From: an archaeon
Lineage (GTDB): Archaea > Nanobdellota > Nanobdellia > Woesearchaeales > GW2011-AR9
DNA length: 64,000 nucleotides
Assembly (NCBI GenBank): GCA_018696395.1
Contig: JABHQR010000017.1
Span: 39,094-103,093 of the forward strand
Direction of reading: 5' to 3'
The notes under the pieces were generated by a model that worked only from the letters and a program-made list of their open reading frames with translations, was not told where the DNA came from and did no database searches. The position numbers and the translations under genes are program-made. This document shows positions 10,070 to 20,707 of the stretch, in pieces (the stretch's first letter is position 1; each line of letters begins with the position of its first letter).

Positions 10070-11076
10070 AAATATTTATTCTAACAGAAGGAGGAAGTAA
10101 GATTGGGGCTGGGCATGTCACTCGATGTTTATCATTATATCAAGCATTTTTAGAGTTATCTTATGATATAAAGATTATTGTTAATGGTGACGAAGGAATT
10201 AAAAAAACTTTAGGCAATACAAATTATTTGATCTGTGACTGGTTGAATAACCCAAATTTAATATTTAATCTAATTGAAAAGGAGGATATAATTATAATTG
10301 ACTCTTATCTTGCACCTCTTCAATTTTATAATAAAATTTCGTCTAATCTTTTCTCAATTTATATTGATGATTATCGAAGGTTAGATTATCCTAATGGAAT
10401 AGTGATAAATGGTATAATCAAGAGTAATCATTTTAATTATCCAACTGATAAATGTAAGATTAATCTTATTGGTAATAAATATATCTTGTTAAGGAAAGAT
10501 TTTTGGAATCCTCCTAAAAGAGAAATTAAAGAAAATATTACTGAAATTATGGTCACTTTTGGTAATGAGGATTTAAGAAACTTAACTCCTATTATTATGA
10601 AACAATTAAATAAAATCAACTCAAATTTCATAAAAAATATAATTGTTGGTAGTGGTTTTCAATCTGAATGTATCAAATTGATTGAAAAATTAAAAGATAA
10701 TAATACTAATCTATTTTATTCTATTGATGGAAAAAGGATGGCAGAAATAATGGGTTCTTCAGATTTTGCAATCTCTGCAGCAGGTCAAACTCTTAATGAA
10801 TTAGCTTGTTTTGGGGTTCCAACTTTTGCAATTACAATAATTGATAACCAAATAGATAATGCTAATTCCTTTGAGAGCATGGGTTGTTTAGCTGGTTTAA
10901 CCAATTATAAAAATCCAAATTTAGCTAAAAATTTGAAAGTAACATTAGAAAAATTTAAATCTAAGGGATCAAGAAAGGGTTTAAGTGAATTATTAACTAA
11001 ATTTATTGATGGGCAAGGCGCAAGGAATGTTGCAAAAGAAGTATTAAATTATTATAATTCATTACAAAAAAGATAA
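10066..11076 (+). CDS. pseG: PseG-like nucleotide-sugar hydrolase / GT-B fold
   Basis: IGAGHVTRCLSL, IIDSY, IDD, VTFG..D, AISAAGQT and DNQ motifs. Confidence 0.8.
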   Translation: MKIFILTEGGSKIGAGHVTRCLSLYQAFLELSYDIKIIVNGDEGIKKTLGNTNYLICDWLNNPNLIFNLIEKEDIIIIDSYLAPLQFYNKISSNLFSIYIDDYRRLDYPNGIVINGIIKSNHFNYPTDKCKINLIGNKYILLRKDFWNPPKREIKENITEIMVTFGNEDLRNLTPIIMKQLNKINSNFIKNIIVGSGFQSECIKLIEKLKDNNTNLFYSIDGKRMAEIMGSSDFAISAAGQTLNELACFGVPTFAITIIDNQIDNANSFESMGCLAGLTNYKNPNLAKNLKVTLEKFKSKGSRKGLSELLTKFIDGQGARNVAKEVLNYYNSLQKR

Positions 11077-11108
11077 ATAATCAAAATAATCTTAGATGAA
11101 TAAAAAAA

Positions 11109-11795
11109 ATGAATAAAAAAATGAAAATATTAATTGTGGCTGCTCACCCTGATGATGAAATATTAGGGTGTGGTGCAACAGCAGCTAGGTTTATTGAAGA
11201 GGGGAATGAAGTCTACACATTAATTCTTGGAGAGGGGGTTACTTCTCGAGATGTCAATAGGGATATTCATAAAAGAAAGAGTGAATTAATTTCATTAAAA
11301 AAAGAAATTGAAAGTGCAAATGGTATTATTGGTGTTAAGGAATTTTTTTTATATGATTTTCCAGATAATAGGTTTGATTCAGTTCCTCTTTTAGATATTG
11401 TTAAAGTAATTGAGGGAGTTAAAGATAAAATAAAACCCAACATCATTTTCACTCATTTTGAAAATGATCTTAATATTGATCACCAAATTACATATAAGGC
11501 AGTAATTACTGCAACAAGGCCGATTGGTAAAGATTGTGTAAATGAGATATATTCTTTTGAAGTCCCATCGTCAACAGAATGGAACTTTCCAAATAAGTTT
11601 TCACCTGATGTTTTTTTTGATGTTTCTGAAACCATACAAAAGAAAATTTCTGCAATGGCAGAGTATAACTCGGAGTTAAAAGATTTTCCACACCCTCGGT
11701 CATTGGAAGGGATAAAATTAATTGCAAGATATAGGGGATTAAATGTGGGTAAAAAGTTTGTTGAATCTTTTAAATGCGTTAGGAAAATATGTTGA
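11109..11795 (+). CDS. PIG-L/LmbE family deacetylase
   Basis: AAHPDDEILG, DNRFD, DLNIDHQ and HPRS motifs. Confidence 0.88.
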   Translation: MNKKMKILIVAAHPDDEILGCGATAARFIEEGNEVYTLILGEGVTSRDVNRDIHKRKSELISLKKEIESANGIIGVKEFFLYDFPDNRFDSVPLLDIVKVIEGVKDKIKPNIIFTHFENDLNIDHQITYKAVITATRPIGKDCVNEIYSFEVPSSTEWNFPNKFSPDVFFDVSETIQKKISAMAEYNSELKDFPHPRSLEGIKLIARYRGLNVGKKFVESFKCVRKIC

Positions 11796-11928
11796 TTCTT
11801 AGAATTAAGTATTAGACTTCCACAATCCTTTTAAATAATTAACTAAAATTTAATCATATATTACATAGTGTTTTTAATATAACTAATTATAAGATCAAAA
11901 CATTTAATTTTAAATTGGGGGTTATAAA

Positions 11929-13527
11929 ATGAATGGTGCTGAATTACTTGTTAAGACATTAGAAGATAATAAAGTAAATTATATCTTTGGAGTTCCAGGA
12001 GATATACAGGGAGAATATTTGTTATTTAAAGCATTAGACCAATCTAACATTAATTTTGTTTATGCTGGTAATGAACAATCTGGAGTTATGATGGCAGATG
12101 GTTTTGCAAGAGTAAAAGGTGATATTGGGGTTTGTTTTTCAACATTAGGTCCTGGTGCAACAAATTTAGTAACTGGTCTTGCTAATGCTATGCAAGATAA
12201 TGTGCCTATTCTTGCTTTAAGTGGGCAGTTACCTTATTCAAAACAGTTTATATTCTCTCATCAATATGTTGATACAGTTCGGCTTTTTGATAGTCGGGAT
12301 TTAACTATGAGTGCTTCACAAGTTGGAAGTGCACAATCAATGCATAGGGATGTCAATCGGGCCATAGTGGAAGCATTAAGTGGCCCTAGGGGTCCGGTGC
12401 ATGTGACAATCCCTTCTGATGTTCTGACAGATAATGCTGAAAGTTATCCTGAAGTTACAATTAATGAAGAAGTAATTTATAGAGATGATGTTCAAATTAG
12501 TCGGTTGGAAGGTTTATTAAAAGAAAATAATTCTGCTGTTGCAATTGTCGGTCCAGGTGTTGCTAGGGCTGGAGCATCATCAGAATTAATTCAGTTTTTA
12601 GAAAGAACTAATATTCCAGCATACACTACTTTTCATGGTAAGGGAACTATGCCTAATAATCATGCTCTTAATATAGGTGTATTAAGTAGGCATTCAAAAG
12701 TTGCTAAAAAAGTTTTAAACGAGAAAGATATTATTCTTACTATTGGATATGGTCCAGAAGAAGGAGTTACACCAGAAATGTGGCAAGAAGCAAAACATGT
12801 AGTTCATATAAATGCTTCTGAACCGAGGGGTGTTCATATTTATAACCCTAAATTAGAAGTTATTGGTGATTTGAGAAATGTATTATCTAAAATTGGGGCT
12901 GATAATCAATTAAGAATGACTAATCAAAAATTAGATGAGATGAGGTTGGTTGTAGAGATGCCGGATAATATTGATGAAATGTTTCCTTACCACCCAGTAC
13001 AAGTTGTAAGGATATTAAATGAAACTTTAAATAGTGATTCTCTTGTTTTTTCAGATGTTGGTTTACATAAACAGGCATTAGGTCTTTACTGTGATAAGCA
13101 AACTTATTTTTCTAACGGCCTTTCAGCAATGGGTTATGCAATTCCTGCGGCAGTGGGTGCTTGTTTTGCTGCACCAAATAAACAAGTTGTTGCAGTAACT
13201 GGTGATGGTGGATTTCAGATGGGGAATGATAGATCTTTGCTTACAGCAAAAGAATATGGCCATTCTCCAATCATTATTGTTATGAATGATGGTGCTTTAG
13301 GTATGGTTGAATCAAGACAATTAACTGCACTTGGAACAACACATTATGCTAGATTTAAAGAAAATCCTAATTTTAAAAGAATAGCGGAAGCATATGGGTG
13401 TAAAGGTTATAGGATTGAAGAATCGGGACAGTTAGAAAGTGTTTTAAAAGATTCATTAAATCATGATAAACCTGTTGTGATTGATGTACCAATTCAAGCT
13501 TATCATAATGTTAAAATGATGAAATAA
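11929..13527 (+). CDS. Thiamine-diphosphate enzyme, acetolactate synthase-like family
   Basis: YIFGVPG, NEQSGVMMADG, TLGPGATN, AMGYAIP and GDGGF...N TPP motif. Confidence 0.85.
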   Translation: MNGAELLVKTLEDNKVNYIFGVPGDIQGEYLLFKALDQSNINFVYAGNEQSGVMMADGFARVKGDIGVCFSTLGPGATNLVTGLANAMQDNVPILALSGQLPYSKQFIFSHQYVDTVRLFDSRDLTMSASQVGSAQSMHRDVNRAIVEALSGPRGPVHVTIPSDVLTDNAESYPEVTINEEVIYRDDVQISRLEGLLKENNSAVAIVGPGVARAGASSELIQFLERTNIPAYTTFHGKGTMPNNHALNIGVLSRHSKVAKKVLNEKDIILTIGYGPEEGVTPEMWQEAKHVVHINASEPRGVHIYNPKLEVIGDLRNVLSKIGADNQLRMTNQKLDEMRLVVEMPDNIDEMFPYHPVQVVRILNETLNSDSLVFSDVGLHKQALGLYCDKQTYFSNGLSAMGYAIPAAVGACFAAPNKQVVAVTGDGGFQMGNDRSLLTAKEYGHSPIIIVMNDGALGMVESRQLTALGTTHYARFKENPNFKRIAEAYGCKGYRIEESGQLESVLKDSLNHDKPVVIDVPIQAYHNVKMMK

Positions 13528-13562
13528 TTTAAAGGAATTAATAAAATAGAACAAAAAGAAAA

Positions 13563-14657
13563 ATGAAAGATATAACTGTGTTATTAACCTCTTGTAATGG
13601 ATTAGTTAGTCCTAGTCAAATTGATTGTTTACGAAAAGTAAAAGAACGAAAAATAAAAATCATAGGTACTGACGCTTCAGATTTAGGTGTTGGTTCAAGG
13701 TTAGTTGATCAGTTTTTCAAAGTTCCAAAAGGAGATTCGGAAGATTATGTTATCTCAATGTTTAAAATATGTGAAGAAAGTAATGTTGATATTTTAATTC
13801 CTGCGGCAGATGAAGAATTTTTAGCATTGGGGAAAGAAAAGAGTAAATTTAAACAAATCGGAACTGAAATTGTTACTAATGATTATGATATTTCTATTAA
13901 ATCAAGTGATAAAGGTTTGTTTCTAAATTTTTTAAAAGAAAAAGGATTGCCTTGCGCTAATTATTTTATCCCTAAGAGTTTAGAAGAATTTGAGAAAGCA
14001 TGTTTTGATTTGGGTTATCCTCAATTTCCAGTTGTTATGAAACCTTGTTTAGGTCGAGGAAATAGGGGTATGAGGATTATAAAAAGTGGGATTAATAAAA
14101 GGGATTTACTTTTAAAAGAGAAAGCAGGTAGTCCTTATGCAACATTAGAAGATATTAAGGAATCTTTAGTTAATGGTGATGAAAATGAAAACAAATTTCC
14201 TTCTATTGTATTGATGGAGTATCTTCCTGGCGAAGAGTATAGTGTTGATGTTTTAGTCAAGGAGGGGAAACCTTTAATCATAATTCCAAAATTAAGGTTA
14301 ATGCCGGTTCCAGGTTTATCAGTTGTTGGTCAAGTAGATATGAATGAATTAGTTATCAAAAAAGTCACTGAAATATGTGAGGCATTTAATTTAAGTTATA
14401 ATGTTAATATCCAGTTTAAATATTCAAAAGAAGAAAAATTATTTCCTTACGAAGTAAATACTCGTATTGCTGCAAGTATTGCTGCTTGTAAAGCTGCTGG
14501 TGCAAATTTAATTTATTATGGTGTGAAATTAGCTTTAAATGAAGAAATTCCACCTACAAAAATTAGAAATGGTATGAAGATGATTCGATATTATAAAGAA
14601 TTTTATGAATATTCGGATGATTTGGATGAACAAAATGATAAAAGCATTAGTTTTTGA
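13563..14657 (+). CDS. ATP-grasp domain protein
   Basis: DKG.F, VMKP..GRGNRG, MEYLPGEEYSVD, NIQF and EVNTR. Confidence 0.85.
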   Translation: MKDITVLLTSCNGLVSPSQIDCLRKVKERKIKIIGTDASDLGVGSRLVDQFFKVPKGDSEDYVISMFKICEESNVDILIPAADEEFLALGKEKSKFKQIGTEIVTNDYDISIKSSDKGLFLNFLKEKGLPCANYFIPKSLEEFEKACFDLGYPQFPVVMKPCLGRGNRGMRIIKSGINKRDLLLKEKAGSPYATLEDIKESLVNGDENENKFPSIVLMEYLPGEEYSVDVLVKEGKPLIIIPKLRLMPVPGLSVVGQVDMNELVIKKVTEICEAFNLSYNVNIQFKYSKEEKLFPYEVNTRIAASIAACKAAGANLIYYGVKLALNEEIPPTKIRNGMKMIRYYKEFYEYSDDLDEQNDKSISF

Positions 14658-15312
14658 TTTAGATGATACTTTATATGACAATACTAATTATTGGTTAGGT
14701 GCATTTAAAGATATTAGTTTTTATTTAGAAAAAGAGTATGGTGTTGAAAAAAATGAGACTTATAGCATTCTTTTTAAAATATTTAATGAAAATAAAAGTA
14801 TGTATTCTCATCTATTTGATGATCTTATAACTGAATTAAATATAACTCCCCCTTCTAAAGATAATTTAATAAAAGAAATGGTGAAGATATTTCATTCACA
14901 TAAACCTGAACTGGAACTTTATGATGATACTTTATTAACCCTTAATGAATTAAAGAAAGAGTATAAATTAGGTATAATTACTAACGGAAAATATCCTACC
15001 CAAATGAACAAAATTAGATTGTTGGGTTTAGAAAAATATTTTGAGGTCATAATTTGTCCTGAATATATTAATAGAAAACCAAAGTCTCAATCTTATTTTG
15101 AGATGTTGGGTAAATTAGGTTTTTCAAATAAAGAAGTTATTTATGTTGGTGATAATCCTTTAGTTGATTTTATTGGCGCAAAAGAAGCAGGATTAATTAC
15201 AATTAGGATCATGAAAGGCCCATTCAAAGATATGGTTGTTTCATCAGAATTAGATGCAGAATTTAAAATTAACAATTTAAAAGAGATTATTATTTTATTA
15301 AAAAGCGTCTAA
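14605..15312 (+). CDS. HAD-IA family hydrolase
   Basis: FDLDDTLY, IITNG, KPK and YVGDNP..D motifs. True start is probably 14626 or 14635. Confidence 0.88.
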   Translation: MNIRMIWMNKMIKALVFDLDDTLYDNTNYWLGAFKDISFYLEKEYGVEKNETYSILFKIFNENKSMYSHLFDDLITELNITPPSKDNLIKEMVKIFHSHKPELELYDDTLLTLNELKKEYKLGIITNGKYPTQMNKIRLLGLEKYFEVIICPEYINRKPKSQSYFEMLGKLGFSNKEVIYVGDNPLVDFIGAKEAGLITIRIMKGPFKDMVVSSELDAEFKINNLKEIIILLKSV

Positions 15313-15331
15313 ATTACATTAAAACACATTT

Positions 15332-16816
15332 TTATTTCACTTTATTTTTAAATAAAAAATTTAGAATCAATTCTTTAAATTCTTTAAAATTAATAAACTT
15401 TGTTTTGTATATATAAACATAATAAATTAATATATACAACAAAGAAAATGATAATTTAATTATGATATTTTCAGGAACAAAATAATAGCTTGATGCGATT
15501 AAAAATAAACTAATTAATACTAGCCAAATATATTTGCTTAATTTAACTTTAAAACTTATAATTCTTTTAAGGTAAATTTGAGATACAAAATATAAAATTA
15601 AATAACTTGTTACTGTTGATAAGGCTGCACCACTAGTTCCTAAAATAGGAATTAAAATAATGTTAAATATTAAATTAAATAATGCAACCGATAGAATTAT
15701 TTTTGAAACTAATTTTGGTTTTCCAAATGCAGATAAGCTTTGGAAGTTTATGGAACTAAATATATTAAATAGTACAGATGATAATAATATTATCAATGTC
15801 ATTTTTGCAGGGAAATAATCTTTTCCAAAAACTAAATTTAATATCTCTCCACTAAAAATGATTGATATTGTAATAATTGGTAATAATATTGCGATGAGGT
15901 AATGGTAAATATATTTCAAATAGATATTAATTTGATTAAAATCTTTTTTGTGCCATAATTCTGTAAATAAAGGAAATAACACAATTGTTATGGCAGTTGT
16001 AAGCACAGTAAATGCTGTGGCAATTGGCATCGCAGATTGATATAACCCCACTCCTTGCATAGAAGATAACTTTGTTAATACTAATGTGTCTGTTTGTATT
16101 ATTAATCTTGAACCTATAGCAATAAGAATAACTGGGATCCCATAAGAGAATAGATGGCATGTAGTTTTTTTAATGTTGTTAAATTTATATCTATAAATTG
16201 GGAATATCCTTTGCGAAATTGGCAGGAATATTAAGAACAATATAAATGAGGTCAATACATATGCCCAGAATGGAGAATAAATCCCAAAGTCTAGTATAAT
16301 TAAGAAAAATGTTATTAGGAAATATAATGCACTTTGTAAAGGAGCATAAAATGAATAATGTTTCATTTTTTGGAATCCTAATAAAATTGAAATATTGATC
16401 ACATTAAAAACGTTAAATAATAAATAAATTGAAAAAAATCTTAAAATATAAGAAGAACCTTCATAATTGAAATAGTTGATTTCTAAAAAATTACTAAATA
16501 TGAAAATTAAAATAATGAAAATTACACTTGTAATAGTTTGGAATAATAAAGTTGTTAAGATAACTGATTTAATTTCATTATAATTTTTTATAACATTATA
16601 TTTAACTATATAATATGTTGATGCTGTATCTAAACCTAAATATAAGAAAAATAAGAAAAAAGTAATAAATGTCCATATAGAATAAAATAACCCATATTCT
16701 TCAACTGAAAAAGTTCTAGTTAATAATATTCTAAAAGCATAACTAAATATAAAAGCAATCACTGAGCCAATCATGATATATATTCCATCACTTACAACTT
16801 TCTTAGTATCTGTCAA
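15332..16816 (-). CDS. Wzx-like flippase / polysaccharide exporter
   Basis: About 12-14 hydrophobic segments, with EYGLFY, GLYQSA and G.SGAALST patterns of the MOP family. Confidence 0.85.
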   Translation of the reverse strand: MTDTKKVVSDGIYIMIGSVIAFIFSYAFRILLTRTFSVEEYGLFYSIWTFITFFLFFLYLGLDTASTYYIVKYNVIKNYNEIKSVILTTLLFQTITSVIFIILIFIFSNFLEINYFNYEGSSYILRFFSIYLLFNVFNVINISILLGFQKMKHYSFYAPLQSALYFLITFFLIILDFGIYSPFWAYVLTSFILFLIFLPISQRIFPIYRYKFNNIKKTTCHLFSYGIPVILIAIGSRLIIQTDTLVLTKLSSMQGVGLYQSAMPIATAFTVLTTAITIVLFPLFTELWHKKDFNQINIYLKYIYHYLIAILLPIITISIIFSGEILNLVFGKDYFPAKMTLIILLSSVLFNIFSSINFQSLSAFGKPKLVSKIILSVALFNLIFNIILIPILGTSGAALSTVTSYLILYFVSQIYLKRIISFKVKLSKYIWLVLISLFLIASSYYFVPENIIIKLSFSLLYILIYYVYIYKTKFINFKEFKELILNFLFKNKVK

Positions 16817-16829
16817 TTTATGTTCCTAA

Positions 16830-17525
16830 TTACTTATTAAATTTGTATTGGTATATCTCTTTCAAAAATCCATTAATTAATTTACAATTAATATTAACAT
16901 TAGAATTTCCTTTTTGCCTAGTAACATACTTTATTGGCATTTGAAAAGTTTTTAATTTTAATTTTTTTAATTCAGATAATAATTCTACATCAATAAACCA
17001 GCCATTAGAATGAAGTTTAATTTTATCATAATGTTCTTTCTTGAACAATTTAAATGTGAAATTAACATCTTTAATTCCATACAAATTAAAGAGAATCTTG
17101 GTTAATAAATTATATCCTTTTGAGAAAAACCAACGAGCAAAATTTTCTCTATTACCAGTTCTAAATCCTAGCACTAAATCATTATTTTCTAATAAGTTAA
17201 TGGCTTTTTGATAATAAGAAAGGTCACAAGGTAAGTCTGAATCACTGTAAGTTAATATTTCATATCTTGCAGAATCTAAACCTAATCTTACTCCTGAACC
17301 ATAGCCATTTTTATTTCCTTCATGAATTACTTTTACTTGTTCAAATTTATCTTCTAATTCATCACATATCTTTTTACTTTGATCTGTAGAACCAGATTCA
17401 ATCAGTATTATTTCGAAATCAATATTTAATGATAAAAATTGTTGTTGTAATTTGTTAACAAGCTCTTCAATAGTCTCTTCTTCGTTATAAATTGGTACAA
17501 TTATTGAAATCCCTTTATTTACCAT
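16830..17525 (-). CDS. Glycosyltransferase family 2 (DPM-synthase-like)
   Basis: SIIVPIYNEE, ESGSTD, GYGSG, DSD and WFID.E. Confidence 0.88.
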   Translation of the reverse strand: MVNKGISIIVPIYNEEETIEELVNKLQQQFLSLNIDFEIILIESGSTDQSKKICDELEDKFEQVKVIHEGNKNGYGSGVRLGLDSARYEILTYSDSDLPCDLSYYQKAINLLENNDLVLGFRTGNRENFARWFFSKGYNLLTKILFNLYGIKDVNFTFKLFKKEHYDKIKLHSNGWFIDVELLSELKKLKLKTFQMPIKYVTRQKGNSNVNINCKLINGFLKEIYQYKFNK

Positions 17526-18408
17526 AGTTTAATATTATGCTTATACCTTCTTTCAAATTAAATTGATTTGGCAATGTTTTAATTTCTTCTTCTGTATCCA
17601 ATTTATCAATGTTTAAACAATTATGGTTTGGGTTATTTTTTGAAATTATTTTTAAATTTTGATTTAATTCTTTTTGGATGATTAATGCAACTTCTTTTAC
17701 TTTGGTACTTACTCCGCTTCCTAAATTATAAGTTGAATTTTCTTTAAAATTAAATAAATAGATAAGATACCTGACTAAATCATCAATAAATATAAAATCT
17801 CTAGATGAGTCACAATTTTGAACTGTTAATTCATTAATTTCTAACCTTTTGGCATTCTTAATCCTAGAAATTAAATCAGGAATTAACCTTCCTTCTTTTT
17901 GAGTTGGACCATATACATTAGAAATTCTAAAAATCAAGTGTTTTATGTTAGGATTTTTATTTGAATAAGTTTTTATTAAATCTTCACCTGCAACTTTTGA
18001 ACAAGTGTAAAATGTAAGGGGATTTAACTTGTCTGTTTCTTTGAATTTTTTATCTTTTTCAAAACCATAAACTCCTGCAGAACTAGAATAAATTATTTTA
18101 ATTTTGTTGTTAGTATAATTAATTAGTTCAAGTAAATGTGAAGTTAGTTTAATATCGTCTAAATAGGATTGAACTGTATTAGAATTATTTGTAGCAGTAG
18201 CAAAATGGAATATGTGAGTAAAATTAATGATGTCTTCTTTTTTTAAGTCAATGATATCTTTGTTCAATAATTTTATGCCTGGTATTTTAAAGTCAATTTT
18301 GTTTCTACTTAAGACTGTAACATTATATCTTTTTTTTGCTAATCCTTGAGCTAACTGCCATCCTATAAATCCAGTTCCACCTGTAATTAAAATATCTTTA
18401 ACTTCCAT
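17515..18408 (-). CDS. NAD-dependent epimerase/dehydratase (extended SDR)
   Basis: ITGGTGFIG, SSAGVYG, YTCSK (YxxxK), NVYGP and RDFIFIDD. Confidence 0.85.
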   Translation of the reverse strand: MEVKDILITGGTGFIGWQLAQGLAKKRYNVTVLSRNKIDFKIPGIKLLNKDIIDLKKEDIINFTHIFHFATATNNSNTVQSYLDDIKLTSHLLELINYTNNKIKIIYSSSAGVYGFEKDKKFKETDKLNPLTFYTCSKVAGEDLIKTYSNKNPNIKHLIFRISNVYGPTQKEGRLIPDLISRIKNAKRLEINELTVQNCDSSRDFIFIDDLVRYLIYLFNFKENSTYNLGSGVSTKVKEVALIIQKELNQNLKIISKNNPNHNCLNIDKLDTEEEIKTLPNQFNLKEGISIILNYGK

Positions 18409-18420
18409 TTTAAAATAAAT

Positions 18421-19125
18421 TTAAAGAATTATTTTTCCTTCTTCAAAATCGTTCTTAGCTCTTTCGTAATCTTTAATTTGACCCATATCTAACCAATATT
18501 CTTCATTAAGATATTTGTATAATTTAATGTTGGGATCAATTATCAATTCTTGAAGTAAGTCGGTCATTAACATATGTTGATTTTCTGGTATGAAATCTAT
18601 GACTGAAGGATTGATGATATAAACTCCAGCATTTATTTCTTTAGTTAATTTAGGTTTTTCTTCAATCTTATGAATTTCGTTATTCTCATTACTGTAAACT
18701 ACCCCATAATCCATGGGTAAGTCAATTTTTTTTGTAACTAAGCTAAAATCAGATTTATTTTTAATGTGAAAATCCATGAGTTCTCTAAAGTTTAAATTTG
18801 TTAATACGTCTCCATTAATTACTAAGAAAGGTTCATTAAGGTGTTTATCTAACAATTTTAAAGGACCCGCAGTACCTAATGGGTTTTCTTCTCTGGAATA
18901 AATTATTTTCACACCATATTTTGAACCATCTCCTAAATATGACTCAAAAAGGTTAGATTTGTAGTATGTTGTAAGAAAAATTTCATCAAAACCATGGTCT
19001 CTTAATTTTGAGATTACAATCTCTAAGACTGAATGTTCACCTAAGGGAAGCAATGGTTTTGGTAAAACATGTGTGAACGGTTTAAGTCGTGTTCCAAGAC
19101 CGCCTGCCATAATTACTGCTTTCAT
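18421..19125 (-). CDS. Sugar-phosphate nucleotidyltransferase (PtmE/LegX-like)
   Basis: MAGGLGTRLKP, PKPL, PLGTAG, NGDV, EEKP and WLDMG. Confidence 0.88.
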   Translation of the reverse strand: MKAVIMAGGLGTRLKPFTHVLPKPLLPLGEHSVLEIVISKLRDHGFDEIFLTTYYKSNLFESYLGDGSKYGVKIIYSREENPLGTAGPLKLLDKHLNEPFLVINGDVLTNLNFRELMDFHIKNKSDFSLVTKKIDLPMDYGVVYSNENNEIHKIEEKPKLTKEINAGVYIINPSVIDFIPENQHMLMTDLLQELIIDPNIKLYKYLNEEYWLDMGQIKDYERAKNDFEEGKIIL

Positions 19126-20177
19126 TTGTGATATTCCTCGACTCTTAAATCTTGTAGTTTTGTTTTAAAGTAATTTATAGTTAATTTTAAACCCTCATCA
19201 AAAGAATGATTAGGTTTCCAATTAAGTTCAGTTTCTGCAAGAGTATTATCTCCCCATAATCTTAATACTTCACTATTCTTTGGACGAATCCTTTTTTGAT
19301 CAATAATTACTTTTAAGTTTGGATTAACCTGTTGTATTACTTTATTAGCTATTTCTTTAATAGAAATCTCAAAATTTGAAGATATATTAAAGACTTTACC
19401 TAAATTATTTTCAGTTTCCATAGCTTTAATAAATCCTTGAACAGTATCTTTAACATAAGTATAATCTCTAGTTGTATCAACATTACCTAATTTGATGTCA
19501 TTACCTTTAAGGGCTTGAGTAATTATAGTCGGAATTACTGCTCTCATTGATTGTCTATCTCCAAAACAATTAAATGGTCTTACTGTGACAACAGGAAGAT
19601 TGTAAGATAAATAAAATGATTCTGCAATTTTATCTGCTCCGATTTTACTTGCAGAATAGGGTGATTGTCCAACTAAAGGATGAGATTCGTTAATTGGAAT
19701 ATATTGTGCGCTACCATAAACTTCACTAGTTGAAGTGTGAACCATTTTTTTAATTCCCGATTCTTTTGCTGCATGAAGAACATTTAAAGTTCCAATCACA
19801 TTTGTTTGTACAGTATGTCTTGGACTTTGGTATGAATAAGGGATAGAAATTATTGCACCTAAATGAAACAAATATTCGCAACCTTGCATTGCTGATTTTA
19901 ATGTTTCAGCATCAGAAAGATTACCAAAAATTAGTTTTACTTTTGAAAGTGTTTCTTTATCTAATTCAGTCAATAATCCAATGTGACTTTCAGAATTATA
20001 TTCTATAAAACAAGTAACTTCACATTCTTTATGTATTAACTCTTCTACTAAGTGGCTACCTATAAAACCACTGCCCCCTGTAACAAATATTTTGGATTTG
20101 TGTATATCCATATTAAACTGTTTTTTACAATAATTTAAATAACTTGTGGTTTTAAAATTCAATATAAAAATGATCAT
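19122..20177 (-). CDS. NDP-sugar 4,6-dehydratase (LegB-like)
   Basis: VTGGSGFIGSHL, GAIISIPYSY, TSTSEVYG, QSPYSASK and RPFNCFG. Likely start is the ATG at 20111. Confidence 0.85.
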   Translation of the reverse strand: MIIFILNFKTTSYLNYCKKQFNMDIHKSKIFVTGGSGFIGSHLVEELIHKECEVTCFIEYNSESHIGLLTELDKETLSKVKLIFGNLSDAETLKSAMQGCEYLFHLGAIISIPYSYQSPRHTVQTNVIGTLNVLHAAKESGIKKMVHTSTSEVYGSAQYIPINESHPLVGQSPYSASKIGADKIAESFYLSYNLPVVTVRPFNCFGDRQSMRAVIPTIITQALKGNDIKLGNVDTTRDYTYVKDTVQGFIKAMETENNLGKVFNISSNFEISIKEIANKVIQQVNPNLKVIIDQKRIRPKNSEVLRLWGDNTLAETELNWKPNHSFDEGLKLTINYFKTKLQDLRVEEYHK

Positions 20178-20198
20178 ATTTCTAAAGTAAAATTCTGA

Positions 20199-20603
20199 TT
20201 ACTTGTATATGAAATGTTTGTAAATCAGATAATTCCAGCAAATTATTGAAAATAGTACTAACCCTCTTGAAATCAAATAATTAATTCCCATGTTTGATGT
20301 TAATAAATACATTAAAGTAAGTGTTACAACAAAGTTAAAAGCCACTAATGCAGAATATTTAATAAACTGGGTTTTTGTATCATCTTTCTTTTTAAAAGTC
20401 CAATACTTGTTTAAGTAAAAATTAGTTATAAAACCAGATAGGTATGAAAATGTAACTGAATAGATGTAAAACATGCCAAAATAATTTGTTAATATGAATA
20501 ATACTAAATAATCCACACCCATGCTCAATAATCCACTATTAATATATTTAGTAAAGTAAGGAATATTTTTTCTAATGGTATGTTTGATTTTTGAGACATT
20601 CAT
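20199..20603 (-). CDS. GtrA family membrane protein
   Basis: Four hydrophobic segments with the NFYLNKYWTF motif. Confidence 0.85.
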   Translation of the reverse strand: MNVSKIKHTIRKNIPYFTKYINSGLLSMGVDYLVLFILTNYFGMFYIYSVTFSYLSGFITNFYLNKYWTFKKKDDTKTQFIKYSALVAFNFVVTLTLMYLLTSNMGINYLISRGLVLFSIICWNYLIYKHFIYK

Positions 20604-20707
20604 TTTTAAGTATTTATTTTAATAATTTATATATACAATTCATGTATTATTAAATTATCGTTTGGTGTACCAATAAGCATTTAAATATTAAGTTATTTTA
20701 AAAGTTT

